DNA from: Torpedo marmorata
Taxonomy: Eukaryota
Direction: 5' to 3'
NCBI GenBank assembly: GCA_977017645.1
Contig: OZ360220.1
Span: 289,602,001 to 289,666,000, forward strand
DNA: 64,000 nt
Shown one piece after another: positions 12,093-25,869 of this stretch. How positions within the stretch are numbered: the first letter of the stretch is position 1; every line of letters starts with the position of its first letter. The notes beneath the pieces are model-generated. The model made no database searches, was not told the DNA's origin, and worked only from the letters and a program-made list of their open reading frames with translations. Both the position numbers and the translations under genes were made by a program.

Positions 12093-13150
12093 AGTCCGTC
12101 CCCAGAGGCTAGTGGAGAATCTGTCCTCGCTGGGACTCAACAACCTTCTCTGTAACTAGATCCTGGGCTTCCCAATGGTCAGTAGCAGAATATCGAGCTA
12201 AGCACAGGTGCAACACAGGGCTGTGTGCTCAGATCGCTCCTGTTCACACAACTGACCCACGACTGCATTGCAAGATCCAGTTCCAACAGTGTCATCAAGT
12301 TTGCAGATGACACAACAGTAGTTGGCCTCATCTAGCAACAATAATGAGTCGCACTACAGAGAAGAGGTGGAAAATCTTGTGATATGGTGCGAGAATAACA
12401 AGTCAAAGGGGATGATCGTGGACTTCAGAAGGATCAAGGATGACCATGCTCCACCACACATCAATAACTCGGTAGTGGAAAGAGTAGAGAGCACCATGTT
12501 CCTTGGAGTGCCCTTAATAAGTGACCTATGATGGACACATAACATCTCCTCACTTGTCAGGAAGGCGCAACAGCAACTGCACTTCCTGAGAAGACTGAAG
12601 CGGGCAAAGCTATCGGCCACCATCATGTCAACCTTCTACATGAGCTCTATTGAGAGTGTCCAGGCCAGCTGCATTGCAGTGTGGTACAGTTACTGTAGAG
12701 AATTGGATCGGAGGTAAATCCACAGGACCATAAGAGTGGTAGAGAGGATCGCAGAAGTCTCCCTCCCCGCATCGATGTGATCTACCGGGATCGTTGTCTG
12801 AAGAGGGCGCGCAAAATCATTGAGGACCCCTTCCACCCTGCACACAGCATCTTTCAGCTGCTCCCGTTGGGGAAGAGATACAGGAGTATCAGAGCCAGCA
12901 CCACCAGTCTGAGAAACAGCTTCTTCCCTCGGCCAGTGAGAATGCTGAACGACCAAAGGAACAGCTCACCCTAACCATCCTAGACATTAATATTCACTAA
13001 ACAATATTTATTTATTTATTTTTTATATATGTATATTTGCCCTGCGTATGTATTGTTTGTCTTTATGTGTGTTACGTCTGGTTGTGTGTCTGTATGCTTT
13101 GCACTGAGGAATGGAGAACGCTGTTTCGTTAGCTTGAACTTGAACAAAAT
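12093..13150 (+). mobile_element. Rex1/Babar LINE, degenerate RT and 3' end
   Basis: QGCVL, IKFADDTTVVGLI, YREEVENLVIWC, MIVDFRR, LLPLGKRYRS, SFFPRPVRMLN. Confidence 0.85.
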
Positions 13151-14074
13151 ACAGTTAATGCTGAGAATCTGAATTTTACAATACTGAAAATGCTCATTAT
13201 TTGACATGGTGGAACTCAATTTTTCAATGAAACCTCTAATTAGACCATTGAATTTATGACCAATAGCTGACAGATTCCGCAAATCAAAAGATGAGAGGAT
13301 TGGGTAGGAAAGAGGATTTAAGGTGGAGAATTAGCCATAATCTTTTTGAATGGGGAACAGGTTTGCAAGCATGTATGGTGTCCTCCTGCTTTTACTTCTT
13401 AAGTCCTTGTGTATTTTTACTCCTTCCGTTATTCTTAACAGGAAACAGCTTTTTTTAATACCAGAGTGAGATTGGGGACAGATGATGGAGCAGCAACCTC
13501 TGCTCTTTCTCTCACGCCCTACTTTAGAACTCCTGGAAAACAGCCAAAAATCACATTTGGAGTCAGGAAATTCTGAGGACTGTTGCCAACTTTGTTGCAG
13601 TCAAAAATCGTGTATCAGTAGACTATATCACATATATCAGCAGACAATATTGTGTCACATACAAGTATCACAATGCAATAAAAGTTTAATTCCAGGAGGG
13701 ATTTTAACCCCAGGCTCAAGTGATTTTTCACAGCAGAATGGGGTTAAATTGGTAAATCCAATGCAAAATTACAGACATACTGCGAATGCATCAGGCAATA
13801 AATAAGAAACCACAGAGGGAGGAATGAGCTAGTAATTTCAAAATGTTAATTGCTTATTAACAGCTGCAGTTGGGGATTTAAGCCGGAGTGCATGTGTTCC
13901 TTGAATTCTCTGAAACACACCTGTGAAACACTGGCAACAGCAAAGCAGCAATAGATGGAGGCTGAAGAGCCAACAGTGTGATCTCACTATATATTCTGCA
14001 ACTACACCCTGAGTTCACCAGTGAAAGGAATTACTTTCAGTGGCTGTGTTGGTTCTGTCCTTGATAAACTCTGA

Positions 14075-14203
14075 GGAAAGCTTTGCAAGAATCTTAACCT
14101 AAGTTATCTTCTGTCTACTTCCCTTTACAAATGTGGCCTGACCCTGAGTTCCTCCAGCAGTTTGTTTTCTGCTCCAAATTCCAGTGTCTGCAGTCTCTTG
14201 TGT
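14075..14203 (+). mobile_element. Degenerate Penelope-type 3' fragment
   Basis: CCTGACC-CTGAGTTCCTCCAGCAGTTTG...GTGTCTGCAG resembles 58988-59045. Confidence 0.45.
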
Positions 14204-14375
14204 AACTTAGTGTCAACCCTCCTTTTCAATATCCACACATTTGCATCAACCATCATGTTTGCAACATTCATCATTGCAACTTCAACATTGATGAAGTATT
14301 GAATGGGAGCTAATTATCCAACAAGGCTATAGGACCCAAAGGAGGAATAGGCAGTAGTTGAAATACAAATGGTAA

Positions 14376-14647
14376 TTTTTTTTAATTTTTATTTTATTTA
14401 GACATACAGCACGATAACAGGCCATTTCAGCCCACGAGTCTGTGCCGCCCAATTTACACCCCATTAACCTACACCCCCGGTACGTTTTGAACGGTGGGAG
14501 GAAACCGGAGCTCCCGGAGAAAACACACACAGACACGGGGAGAACGTACAAACTCCTTACAGACAGCGCAGGACTCGATCCTCAGTCCAGTCCCGATCGC
14601 TGGCGCTGTAAAGGCGTTCCGCTAACCGCTACGCCAACCGTGCCACC
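14376..14647 (-). mobile_element. tRNA-derived V-SINE (HE1-like)
   Basis: On the minus strand: A-box TGGCGTAGCGG, B-box GGATCGAGTCC, V-domain GGAGTTTGTACGTTCTCCCCGTG...CTCCGGTTTCCTCCCA, CR1-like tail and A-rich end. Confidence 0.85.
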
Positions 14648-17179
14648 TGTTGCAAACTCCTTGCGGTGAATCTTATGTAAGAGGATGAGACAGAACCTCC
14701 CGAGGCCTCCAACAGAGACTTTGCAGTGATGTCCCTGTTTCCCTATCAGCTTCTGTTGATGAATGAGACTATGTTCAAATTGTCCCCGTTGCACATCCTG
14801 TGGGATAAACGAAGACCTCAAGAAGAGTGAAGACATGATTGAGAATGTTGAAGGTGAAGCAGAGGTAAGGAGAAGTGGCTGGAGTAATGAGCAATGTAGG
14901 TGGAAGTGCCACTGTGCTGACCTTTACAGATCTGATGAATTCATCAAACTGATTGCAGGGAGTCTGTTGCTGATGTCTGCAGCCGCCTCAAGCCTCCATT
15001 TGTAGTCAAGCAATTAAAGTCAAGGATGAGCAAAAGATAAGAAGTGGAGATGCACAAAGCCTCTGAAGGCTGGGGGACTGAAGGACACGATGAACAAAGG
15101 GTGGAGGAAGACCATGGATGGAAATGAAAACAAGGACGAAAATGTTAAAGTTGGGACTTTGCCAGACCAGGAAACAATACGCGGGGTGATGGATACTGGT
15201 GAATGGAAGTAGCTTCAAGTTAGAACACAGGCTGCAGAATCTTGAAATAACCTCAGGTTCGTAAAAGCCAGAAGATAAGAAGCCAGGATGGCAAGACGTG
15301 GAATGCGGAGGTAAAAAAGTCCTGCGTGGGGATATATCAGTAAAAAGGGCTCAAACTCAGGAAGCAGGTTTGGTGGTCAGCATCATTTTGAGGATAAGGT
15401 CAAAGCAGACGGAGGTGAGAGTATTGCAAAGAAACCACGTTCTGACAGAGCATGGGGACTCGTGCACATTGAGGACTAGCAGAGAGCATGGGTTTAGTCC
15501 AAGACTGACGAGGTGTGCAAAAGGAATAGAGAGAAGTGACACAGGCAGCTGAATACTTGGTTTCAATCTTCAGGACAAAAAATGTCTTGTATTTGTTCAG
15601 AAGATGAAAATGGAAAGAACAAGGAAGAGGGTTGGAAGAAAATGTTTTCTGTTCAATTCCTAATATTAGTTCAGACAATCATAAAAAGAGAGCCAATATA
15701 TAACAAAAATGTAAGTACCAACAATAACACCTTCAATGTGGAAACTGGCCTGAGCTACACTAATAATTTGCAATTGAAGGGCACCTTCTTATGTCCTCTC
15801 TTTGTAATGGCCATCCGATTCTGCTGAACACTTGTAAATGTTTTATTAACAGACAGGATCTGGTGATATTGGAAACAATATTTTACTGGTTCTGCACCAA
15901 GACAATGGCAGGAGAAGATATCATTTATTTCTACAACCCACTTCTACCTCCCCTTTGAAAAAGGGACAGTGACTCACCTTCTTGAACTGCAAAGGCGTTT
16001 CAGGGGAAACAACTCTCAAAATGCTGTTGATTTGGGAATTCCAGATTTTTAACCAATGAAAGAATGGTGAAATATATGCACGTCAGAATACTGTACATCT
16101 AGGAGTGGAACCTACAGCTGGTGGTGTTCCCTTCTCCTTCTGATAGTGGGGGCACAGGATTAGAAGGTGCTGTCAGAGGTCCGGTTACTGCAGCGTGTTT
16201 TATAAATGTCATATAATGCGGCCATTATACGGAGAAAATGATGTCTTTGAGTGATGAATGGGATTTCAATCAACTAACCTGCTTCTTCCAGGATGAAGTT
16301 GAACATCTTAAACCATGTAGGATCCCCACTCATCCAGGCAAGCAGAGAATATTAAATCACATTTCTGACTTGAGCATTGCAGTTAGTGGAAAGGCTTTGG
16401 TGTCAGGAAGTGATACCTTTGCCATAAGTTGCCCAGTCTCTGATGTGTAGGTGTGTATTTATGTGGCTGGTCCAGATGAGTTTCTGATCACCAAAGTTTT
16501 GAAGATGAGGACATAGTGGTGATAATGCTATTGAACGTCAAATGTAGGTGCTTCGACTCAAGCTGTAAAGGGCCAATTTTTCTGTGAATATTACTTACTA
16601 CTTTTTATCAACCAGTGACTGTTGTTTTGTTCTTACTACTGAGGAGTTGTAAACGTTATACAATCATCAATGAATATCCCCATATAGGGTCTTGTGATAA
16701 AAGGAATGTCATAGATGAAGTGATATAGATAGTTGGGCCCAGAACACTGCCTTGAGATTTTCCTTAAACAAGAAAATAATATAAACAAAATATTGAACTT
16801 TATCTCTCAGTTTCAAATGGAAAGTTTAATTTTTACTCTAATATTTTTTTCCAGTTCAGAATTTAAACCAAACTAAATACATAGTACTGTGACATTACAA
16901 GACCATTCAGAAAAAAATGCAGAAAAAGTATTTATAGATAAAACTTAACACTTTTATTTTCATTCTAAACTAAAATGGTAAGAGGACATTTTAAAATTGT
17001 ACATGAATGGGTTATTTTTGAATGATTTAATGGAGAGGGAAGAATCTTCATCCATTCCATATGCTTAGCTTGAAACTAAGTCATGATGTTGTAACTTATT
17101 CTAAACATTGTCTGGTATTGAATTCCACAAAAAGAATACTTTACAAATTTGAAATGCTAACACACGTGAAATATATCAA

Positions 17180-17838
17180 CCTATTTTAAAAGAAATATTT
17201 AGTACACTATCTTTAATTCTTGATATAAATCTGTCCACGAGCCCTTTTATTGCTATTTTTGGAATGAGTGGACCAATGGACTTAATTTTGACTCCATCTC
17301 AATCCCATGTAGTTGCTTTTGCTTCCCTGATTGCTAGAAGGCTCATTTTGCTGCGGTGGAAAGATGTTGTCCCTCCCACGCATACACAATGGTTATTGGA
17401 TTTGATGGCATCCCTCTCTCTAGAGAAAATTAGGTGCTCAACTACTAAAACGAGTATTACATTTTTTTCTCTTTGGGGTTCTTTTTTCAATTATTTTAAA
17501 AATTTATAGATCAATTATTTTTGCTTGTTATTAAAAATCTTTTTTTATTTTTTTCTCTTTTTCTTCATTTCCTGAACTATTAGTATTGAAATTAATAGTT
17601 GACGACTGGCTTAAATAGTAATCGCTCATATAATAGGTTGGGGTTAGAAATTAGATTCGTTATAGATTTTTTTTTCTTTTCTGTTTTTTAATCAATAACA
17701 TGGGTCATATGTATCTTGTTTACCGTTGTTTACTATCTGTAATTTTATTTTACTTTTACCTGAACTTTATATCATATGTATCTATGTATTTGATTTTTTT
17801 TTCTCAAAAAACAATAAAAAGATTGAAAAGGAAAGAAA
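17180..17838 (+). mobile_element. L1 3' fragment
   Basis: ORF 17264-17509 ARRLILLRWKDVVPPTHTQWL...LEKIR...WGSF, followed by a T-rich UTR, AATAAA and an A-rich tail. Confidence 0.8.
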
Positions 17839-19164
17839 AGGCACCATGCTATATAGTGGGACTTTTAAAATTATTTTTATGTTTAATTTGATGCTTTCTA
17901 GGATTACAGCTCAAAACAAAGTTGGTCTTAGCTTGCAATATTAGAGATACATCTGATGCTAAGCGGTAAAGCACAAAGATTGACATTTAGGAACAGGGTT
18001 CAAAGAGATAGTCCGTTTCTAGAATACTGGTTAGCACGGATGAAAGTGATGCCATGAGGCATAAAAAGGAACATATGTGTTTCATCAATGGTAAAGAAAC
18101 TACCAGCACTGAAGGCAAGTATTGATCTCTGGAAGACAGCATAATCTGCCAAATAAAGGCACTTTGCTCTGCATATATTCCGTGTTGTTCTGTTGACAGA
18201 GTGCCATTCTTTCAATACCCTCTCGCATTCGTAACTGGATTGGCATTGTGGTCCTAATTAACCCATATTTTTCTTCCGTATTTCAATAGTATATTTCTTT
18301 CCCACAAAGTTTCATAGCAGAGTGCAGGAAACCCTTGCCCTCATTATCTACAAAATGTTTTGATCATGGAAATGCACTACTGAAACACTGAAACGAATAA
18401 ATCCTCTTACCACAATTGATTTCAATCAGAAACATGATTCTCACATTGATACTGTTTCAGAGAACTCACATGATTAACCATAAAATATTCCATGGATAAT
18501 AATCCAGATGTTACATTCAGGGAAACGACTCAGATCTGACTTACTTTTAGCTTGTGATTTCACAGAGATCCACCAGCTACCTTTGGCCAACAGCTCAGCA
18601 CTTCTCACCACGCAAGTAATACACAGTCCAAACAAAAATCCATGATGAGCTGGATGTCAGGTTCTGAGCCGTCTGACCACTTACTTTGCTCCAGGGCTTA
18701 CTTATGAGTACTGTGGTGGAACACTGATTGAGAGAAGCAGGTTCTGTTGGCCTTGAAGTTTACAACAGGGTAAGCTTGTGTACAAACTCTGAGCCTATTT
18801 ATTTAGTCATCCTTTTAATGAAAATAAGTGAAAACTGATGGGTTAGTTTAATGTTTTTTTTTAAATTAATTGCTGAAATTTGATTATATTATTTGACAAT
18901 AATGAACTAACTGAGATGTCAGGGCTCTTCTGCGCTTTGATGCTGACTGGCAGTAGGTTCAGGAAGCAAGCCAGCTCCAGGATGATCAAGCACAATGGTA
19001 AGGCAGCTGCACTCCCTGTTATTGTGGAGTGAATTGGGCAGCAGTGTGCAGAGTCTGACATGCAGGGTGAAATAGTTTCAATTTTCTGACTCTTCCACAG
19101 GCTTTGCTCACAATGTCAGGTGACTGGCTCAGCACTGAGAGTAATGAGAAGCCATGTGGTTACT

Positions 19165-19545
19165 GCACCCACTCACCACTATCCACCAAGCAGTCACTAC
19201 CCACCAAGTAGCCACTACCCTTCAAGCAGTCACAATCCATCAAGCCAGTCACTACCCACCACTCACTGCCCACCAAGCATTCACTACCCACCACTCACTA
19301 CCCACCAAGCAGTTACTACGCACCAAGCAGTTACTACCCACCAAGCAGCCACTACCCACCACTCACTACCCACCAAGCATTCACTACCACCACTCACTAC
19401 CCACCAAGCAGTTACTACCCACCAAGCAGCCACTACCCACCACTCACTACCCACCAAGCATTCACTACCACCACTCACTACCCACCAAGCAGTTACTACC
19501 CACCAAGCAGCCACTACCCACCACTCACTACCCACCAAGCAGTCA
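19165..19545. repeat. CA-rich minisatellite (about 18-bp core CACTACCCACCAAGCAG with a higher-order unit of about 81 bp)
   Basis: Directly visible repeats. They produce the low-complexity ORFs on both strands. Confidence 0.95.
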
Positions 19546-20021
19546 TTCGTGATTACAGAATATTTGGGTTGGTGCAAGTGAATGTTAATGGTGCAACCAG
19601 TCATAATTCCAGCAAAATGAATGCAGCTTTGAAAATATAACTTTATACATTCAGAATCTTACTCCTTCAGAACTTAATTATTGTTGATTTTTTCTTTCTT
19701 TCATTTTTCTCTCTGTCTCTTAACCATTCACCCTGTCTTCCTTTCCCTAATCTTCATTGTGTGTACATGTTTTTTTATCGCATGTATAGATTGCGGTTTT
19801 GGCTCCATATAATATTGGTAAGGATTCCCCACTCTGATTGGCTAATGCCACAGGCCTCCCTGGAGGTCACTGAGCTTTTGCATAAAAGTCAACAAGAGCT
19901 GTGTGAGCAGCTGCAGGACCAGTGTAAGGTGGGTGGCTTTCCTTTCCCACTGACACAAAACCCATGCCAGTCCTTTCGGAGTTCTGGCTATTTCCTGTAA
20001 AAAAAAAAAAAAAAATGGGAT

Positions 20022-20053
<32 letters not shown>

Positions 20054-20068
20054 TTATTTATTTATTTG
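20022..20068. repeat. (TATC)n/(TATT)n microsatellite
   Basis: Direct observation. Confidence 0.9.
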
Positions 20069-20484
20069 TTCATTGTTCCATTTGGAGTGAGTGAGGCACA
20101 ATGAGGACATCCTGACCTTCCTGCACCCATTTTCAGGCCTGAAGATGCCAGGAGGACAGAAGAACTCCTGGGCTGTCATTTGTCTCATCAGCTTTCAGCC
20201 TCCTCTCCTTCTTCATCGCAAACTGTGATGATTGCTGGTCAACGATAAATGGTTCCTCGGCTGGGGCAGCGTGAGAACTTTCAGCTAAGACCTGGGAGAG
20301 GGGTGAGAGACAAGATGGAGGGGGTAAAGGTGGGCAGGGGCTGGCCACACTGCTGCTCACCTGCCTCCAAGAAGGTAGTTAAGCCTTGATGGAGATCTCC
20401 AGCACTCCTATTAAGGTTTTGTGGCCAGGTCACATTAAAAATAAGAAAAATTGTGTTCAACAGATCCTCCACGCAATAGAGTCA

Positions 20485-21660
20485 CGTATAACCATATAAC
20501 AATTACAGCACAGAAACAGGCCAGTTCGGCCCTTCTAGTCCATGGCGAACACCTTCTCCCACCTAGTCCCACTGACCCGCACCCGGCCCATAACCCTCCA
20601 CACCTCTCTCGTCCATATACCTATCCAACTTTTCCTTAAACATTAAAATTGAACCTGCATCTACAACTTCGGTCGGAAGCTCGTTCCACACTCCCACCAC
20701 CCTCTGAGTGAAGAAATTCCCCCTCATGTTTTCTCTAAACTTTTCCCCCTTCAATCTCAATCCATGCCCTCTTGTTTGAATCTCCCCCACTCTCAATGGA
20801 AAAAGCCTGTCCACATTGACTCTATCTGCCCCTTCATAATTTTAAATACCTCTATCAAATCACCCCTCAATCTTCCTCGCTCCAGGGAATAAAGTCCCAG
20901 CCCGCTCAACCTTTCCCTGTAATTCAAACCCAGAAACCTTGGCAACATTCTTGTAAATCTCCTCTGCACTCTCTCTATTCTGTTTATATCCTTCCTATAA
21001 TTCGGCGACCAAAACTGCACACAATATTCCAAATTTGGCCTCACCAATGCCTTATACAACTTCAACATGACATCCCAACTCCTGTATTCAATACTCTGAT
21101 TTATGAAGGCCAACATACCAAATGCTTTCTTCACCACCCTATCTATGTGTGACTCAACTTTCAGGGAATTATGTACCAGAATTCCTAAATCCCTCTGTTC
21201 TACTGCACTCCTCAATTGTCTTCCATTTAACATGTATGACCTTTGCTGATTAGTCCTACCAAAATGTAGCACCTCACATTTATCACCTCCATCTGCCATG
21301 TTTCAGCCAACTCTTCTAACTGTCCTATATCCCCCTGCAAGCTTTGATAACCCTCTTCACTGTCCACAACACCACCAATCTTGGTGTCATCTGCGTACTT
21401 ATTAATCCAATTTACCACCCTATCATCTAGATAATTAATATATATGATAAAAACAGCAATGGACCCAGTACCGATCCCTGAGGCACTCCACTAGTCACCG
21501 GCCTCCAATTTGACAAACAATTTTCCACCACTACTCTCTGGCATCTCCTATCCAACCATTTTTGAATCCATTTCACTACTTCGACGTTAATACCTAATGC
21601 TTGAACCTTCCTAACTTGCCTCTTACGCGGAACCTTGTCAAATGCCTTACTAAGGTCCAA
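20485..21660 (-). mobile_element. CR1 LINE, 5'-truncated, frameshifted RT and 3' end
   Basis: [64 protein letters not shown]. Confidence 0.9.
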
Positions 21661-21689
21661 GGCAGCATTGCTGCTTCTCCGAGCTAAAG

Positions 21690-21988
21690 GTCAAGTCAAA
21701 ACACGTTTATTGTCATCTGATTGTAGAAGTACAACCCGACGAAACACAGTTCTCCGGTCCTTGGTGCAAAACATGCAGACACACAACCAGACGTAACACA
21801 CATGCAGACAAATAATACATATGCAGGGCAAGTATTATATCTATAAAAATAAATAAGTAAATATTGTTTCGTGAATATGAAAGTCTCGGATGGTTAGTGT
21901 GAGCAGTTCCTTTGGTCGTTCAGCATTCTCACTGCCCATGGGAAGAAGCTGTTCCTCAACCTGGTGGTAGCTGGCACTGATACTCCTG
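21690..21988 (-). mobile_element. Rex1/Babar 3' tail fragment
   Basis: Reverse complement of the 12890-13150 family tail (NSFFP..VRMLNDQRN and UTR). Confidence 0.8.
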
Positions 21989-22479
21989 TAAAGGAGGTTT
22001 CATTTTTCGATTCCTCTATAAGTATAATTAAAGCTTCAGCTTCAATGAGAAGAGAGCTCTACAAACATGGGAAAGTCATACTAGAGCCCGCTCCCTGCAC
22101 ATGCACTAACACCTTGAATCATTTCCAAATTGAAAGCAGGTGTAAATCAGGACTGGGGAGCATAGCCAATTGAAGTAACAGCTGGGTACTTTATAAAAAT
22201 CATTCTAAACCCAGTACAAAAAGTTAACTGCAAAGGATCTTTTTTCTAGTGTCCCACACACAGGAGATTCTGGTGCACTTGATTCCAAGGATGACCTTAT
22301 GCACACTCCCTATAATGTGCCATTCCTGTTGAACAATAAACCTGTTGTTCCACATGCAAACCGACAAGAGGTAACCTTGCTCAAAGTAGTGGATGATCCC
22401 CTATACTCTTCCAATGTATCAATTGAAAAGACAAGCAGAGGGCACACCTTGGGCTGTGAACCTCCAAATCAAGTTCAAT

Positions 22480-24815
22480 TTTAGGTTCAACTTTATTATC
22501 ATCCGATTGTACAAGTACAACAACGAAATAGCGTTCTCCGGTCCTCAGTGTAAAAACATGCAGACACACAACCAGACATAACACACATACAGAGAAACGA
22601 TACATATGCAGTATGTATATCCATATATAAAAATAAATAAATATAGTTTAATTGTCTCAGAGGGTTTGTATCAGCAATTCATTACAGTCGTTCAGCAGTC
22701 TCACTGCCCGAGGGATGAAACTGTCTCACAGCCTGGTGGTTCTGGCTCTGATACTCCTGCACCCCTTTCCCAACAGGAGTAGCTGAAAGTTGCTGTGTGT
22801 GGGGTGGTAGGGGTTCTCAACGATTTTGCAAGCGAACAAACAATGATCCCGGTAGATCACACTGATGGGGGAAGGTGGTGGGGGGAGAGGGAGGAAGACC
22901 CCAGTGATCCTCACTGCTGCTCTTATGGTCCTGTGGATTGACCTCCGGTCCAATGCTCTACAGCAGTGGTTTTCAAACTGACCCCTTAAACTCACATTCC
23001 ACTTTAAGCAATCCCTATGCCATAAGTGCTCTGTGATTGGTAAGGGATTACTTTAGGTGGTATGTGAGTGGGGAAAAAAAGGTTGAGAACCACTGCTCTA
23101 GACCCAATTGTTACTGAAATATTTTGCTTGAGAAAAATTGTCATGGGCCCATTTCCTTTGAAGTTATATGAAATAGTGCACATAACGAGTCAATTAGGTA
23201 CGATTAAAACAGTGGTTTTCAAACTTTTTCTTTCCACTCACATACCACCTTAAGCAATCCCTTACTAATCACAGAGCACTTATGGCATAGGGATTGCTTA
23301 AGGTGGAGTGTGAGTTTAAGGGGGCAGTTTGAAAACCACTGCTCTACAGCAATCGTACCACACTGTGATGCAGCCGGCCAGGATGCTCTCAACAGAGCTC
23401 CTGTAGAAAGTTAACAAGATAGTGGCCGGTAGCCTTGCCCACCTCAGACTTATAGGGAAGTGCAGTCGCTGTCGCGCCTTCCTGACAAATGAGGAGATGC
23501 TGTGTGTTCAGGATAGGTCACTTCTTACGTGGACTCCAAGGAACTCGAGGCTCTCCACTCGCTCCACTACCGAGCTATTAATGTGTAGTGGAGGGTGGTC
23601 ATTCCTGGTCCTCCTGAAGTCCACGTTTATCTCCTTTTTCTTGTTCACATTGAGACTTAGGTTGTTATTCTCGCACCATTCCACGAGATTTTCCACCTCT
23701 TCTCCGTAGTGCGACTCATTGTTATTGCTGATGAGGCCAACTACTGTTGTGTCATCTGCAAACTTGATGACTTTTTTTGGAGCTGGATCTGGCGTTGCAG
23801 TCGTGGGTCAAAAAAATCAAAGTTCAGATTTATTGTCGGAGTACATACTGTACGTGACATCACATACAACCCTGAGATTCTTTTTCATGCAGTAGCATGA
23901 ACAGGAGCGGGCTGAGCACACAGCCCTGAGGTGCACCAGTGCTCAGCGTGATGGTGCTCAAGCATCTGCTGCCGACAAGGACCGATTGTAGCCTTTTCGT
24001 TAGGAAGGCCAGAATCCAGTTACAGAGAGGGGTGTGGAGTCCCAGCGAGGACAGCTTCTCCACCAGCCTCTGGGGAATGATCGTATTAAACGCAGAGCTG
24101 AAGTCGATGAACAGCAGCCTGGTGTATGAAGCATGATTCTCCAGGTAGGTCAGGACGGTGTGGAGGGACATGGGTATAGCATCATTAGTGGAATGGTTTC
24201 TTCTTTAGGTGAATTGAAATGGGTCCAGTGTCCCTGGGAGGTGCGCTTTGATGTGTTCCATCACCAGATGCTTGAAGCATTTCATAATGGTGGAGGTCAG
24301 TGCCACGGGGCGGTAGTCATTGAGGCCTGTTACTGTCACCCACTTTGGTACTGGGATGATGGTGGCTGTCTTAAAACCCACGGGGACCTTGGACTGCTGC
24401 AGTGACATGTTGAAGATGTCCGTAAGGACCTCCATCAGTTGGTCTGCACAGACCTTCAGTATCCGACAAGGTCTGTTGTCTGGTACCGCTGCCTTGTGGG
24501 TACACCTTGGATAGGGTTCTCCTCATCTCGGCTATGCAGGGGACCCGTTCATCGGGGGGACATGGAGCTTTCTTCAGCATCAGCCTGTTCTTCTCCTCAA
24601 ACTGTGTATAGAAGATGATCAGTCTGTCCGGAAGGGAGGCATACCCACGCTTTACCTCTCAGATTGCAGGGGAGAGTTCTGCCCTGCCTGGTCTTAGTGC
24701 CATCTTGTCTCCTGTCCTGAAGGCAGCATCACAAGCTCTGAGAAGTGCCCGGACCTCTGCATCCAACCATGGTTTCTGGTTAGCTTTGGTTGTGAAGCAT
24801 TTGATCTCGGTTTCA
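22480..24815 (-). mobile_element. Rex1/Babar LINE, degenerate, about 2.3 kb, interrupted by a hAT MITE and a short LINE tail (about 23810-23888)
   Basis: [53 protein letters not shown]. Confidence 0.9.
22964..23341. mobile_element. Compound hAT (Charlie-like) MITE, 378 bp
   Basis: TIR CAGTGGTTTTCAAAC and 8-bp TSD CTCTACAG at 22956-22963 and 23342-23349. Built from two inverted 132-bp sub-MITEs. Confidence 0.9.
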
Positions 24816-25289
24816 GTATTTCCAGCAGCGAAAAAAAAACCAGATAGCAGCCGAAAGACACTGCATTCAACATGAAATCCGTATCAAACTCAAGAAATGT
24901 CAAAACTCTTGCAGATATAGAAAGCGGCACTCAGACAAGCTTTCAAAAGAGTTGGCAATGTTACTTACAGTAATTCAGAAAAGACTGTTGGTAATCTTAA
25001 CCTCCTTCCGAAGAGACAATATTCACTTCAAAATGTCATGACCAGCAAAAGCAAGTACTGATTGTCTGTGATACTCAAATACACACTTCATTTGAATTGA
25101 GGAGCTAGAAGTGTGGGAGTGTGTACAACCAACCTCATGCATGTGACCAGAGCCGAATTTCCATATCCGTGTTGACATTTGAACCTTCGTTGCTTTGTTG
25201 TTGATCGCAAATTCTGGCCCATGTTTTCTCAAATTATCTCCTGCTTCCTCTATATTGGGAGCTGGATAACTGCAAGTCAGCAAGTCATC

Positions 25290-25800
25290 GAGCCATAGAA
25301 CACTATAGCACAGGCCCTTCGGCCCATATAGTCCGTGCCGATATTATTCTGCCTAGTCCCGGTAACCTGCACCTGGACCATAGCCCTCCATTCTCCTCCC
25401 ATCCATATACTGTACCTATCCAAATTAGTCTTATATGTCAAAATCGAACCAGCAAACACCACTTCAGCTGGCAGCTCATTCCATGCTCTCTCCAATCTCT
25501 CTCTCTCACCTTATAATCAGCCTAAACATCTCACCCATAAACCTCGTCCTTGTCTCACCCAACCTCACTGGAAATAGCCTGCTTGTATTCACTCTATGTT
25601 TACACCTCATAACTTTGTATACCTCTATCGAATCTCCCCTCATTCTGTGACGCTCCTAGGAATAAACTTCTAACCTGTTTTACCTTTCCCTGTAACTCAG
25701 TTCCTCAAGTCCTTGTAAATCTTCTCTGCACTCTTTCAATCTTATGTATATTACAGGAAAGATATAGGTGACCAAAATTGCACACAATACTCCAAATTCA
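25290..25800 (-). mobile_element. CR1 3' fragment
   Basis: [18 protein letters not shown] and AWNELP remnants on the minus strand. Confidence 0.8.
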
Positions 25801-25869
25801 TATAGCACAGAAATAGACCATTGGAAAATTATTTTAAATGAGGTGTGAGAAAAAATAGGAAACTCAGCT

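Noticed and set aside
14560-14647. tRNA gene (also 63378-63441 and about 9490-9523)
   Set aside because: The A and B boxes belong to SINE heads, and no complete cloverleaf is evident.
19120-19604. His/Thr/Pro-rich and Trp/Val-rich ORFs
   Set aside because: They are translations of the minisatellite, open in several frames on both strands.
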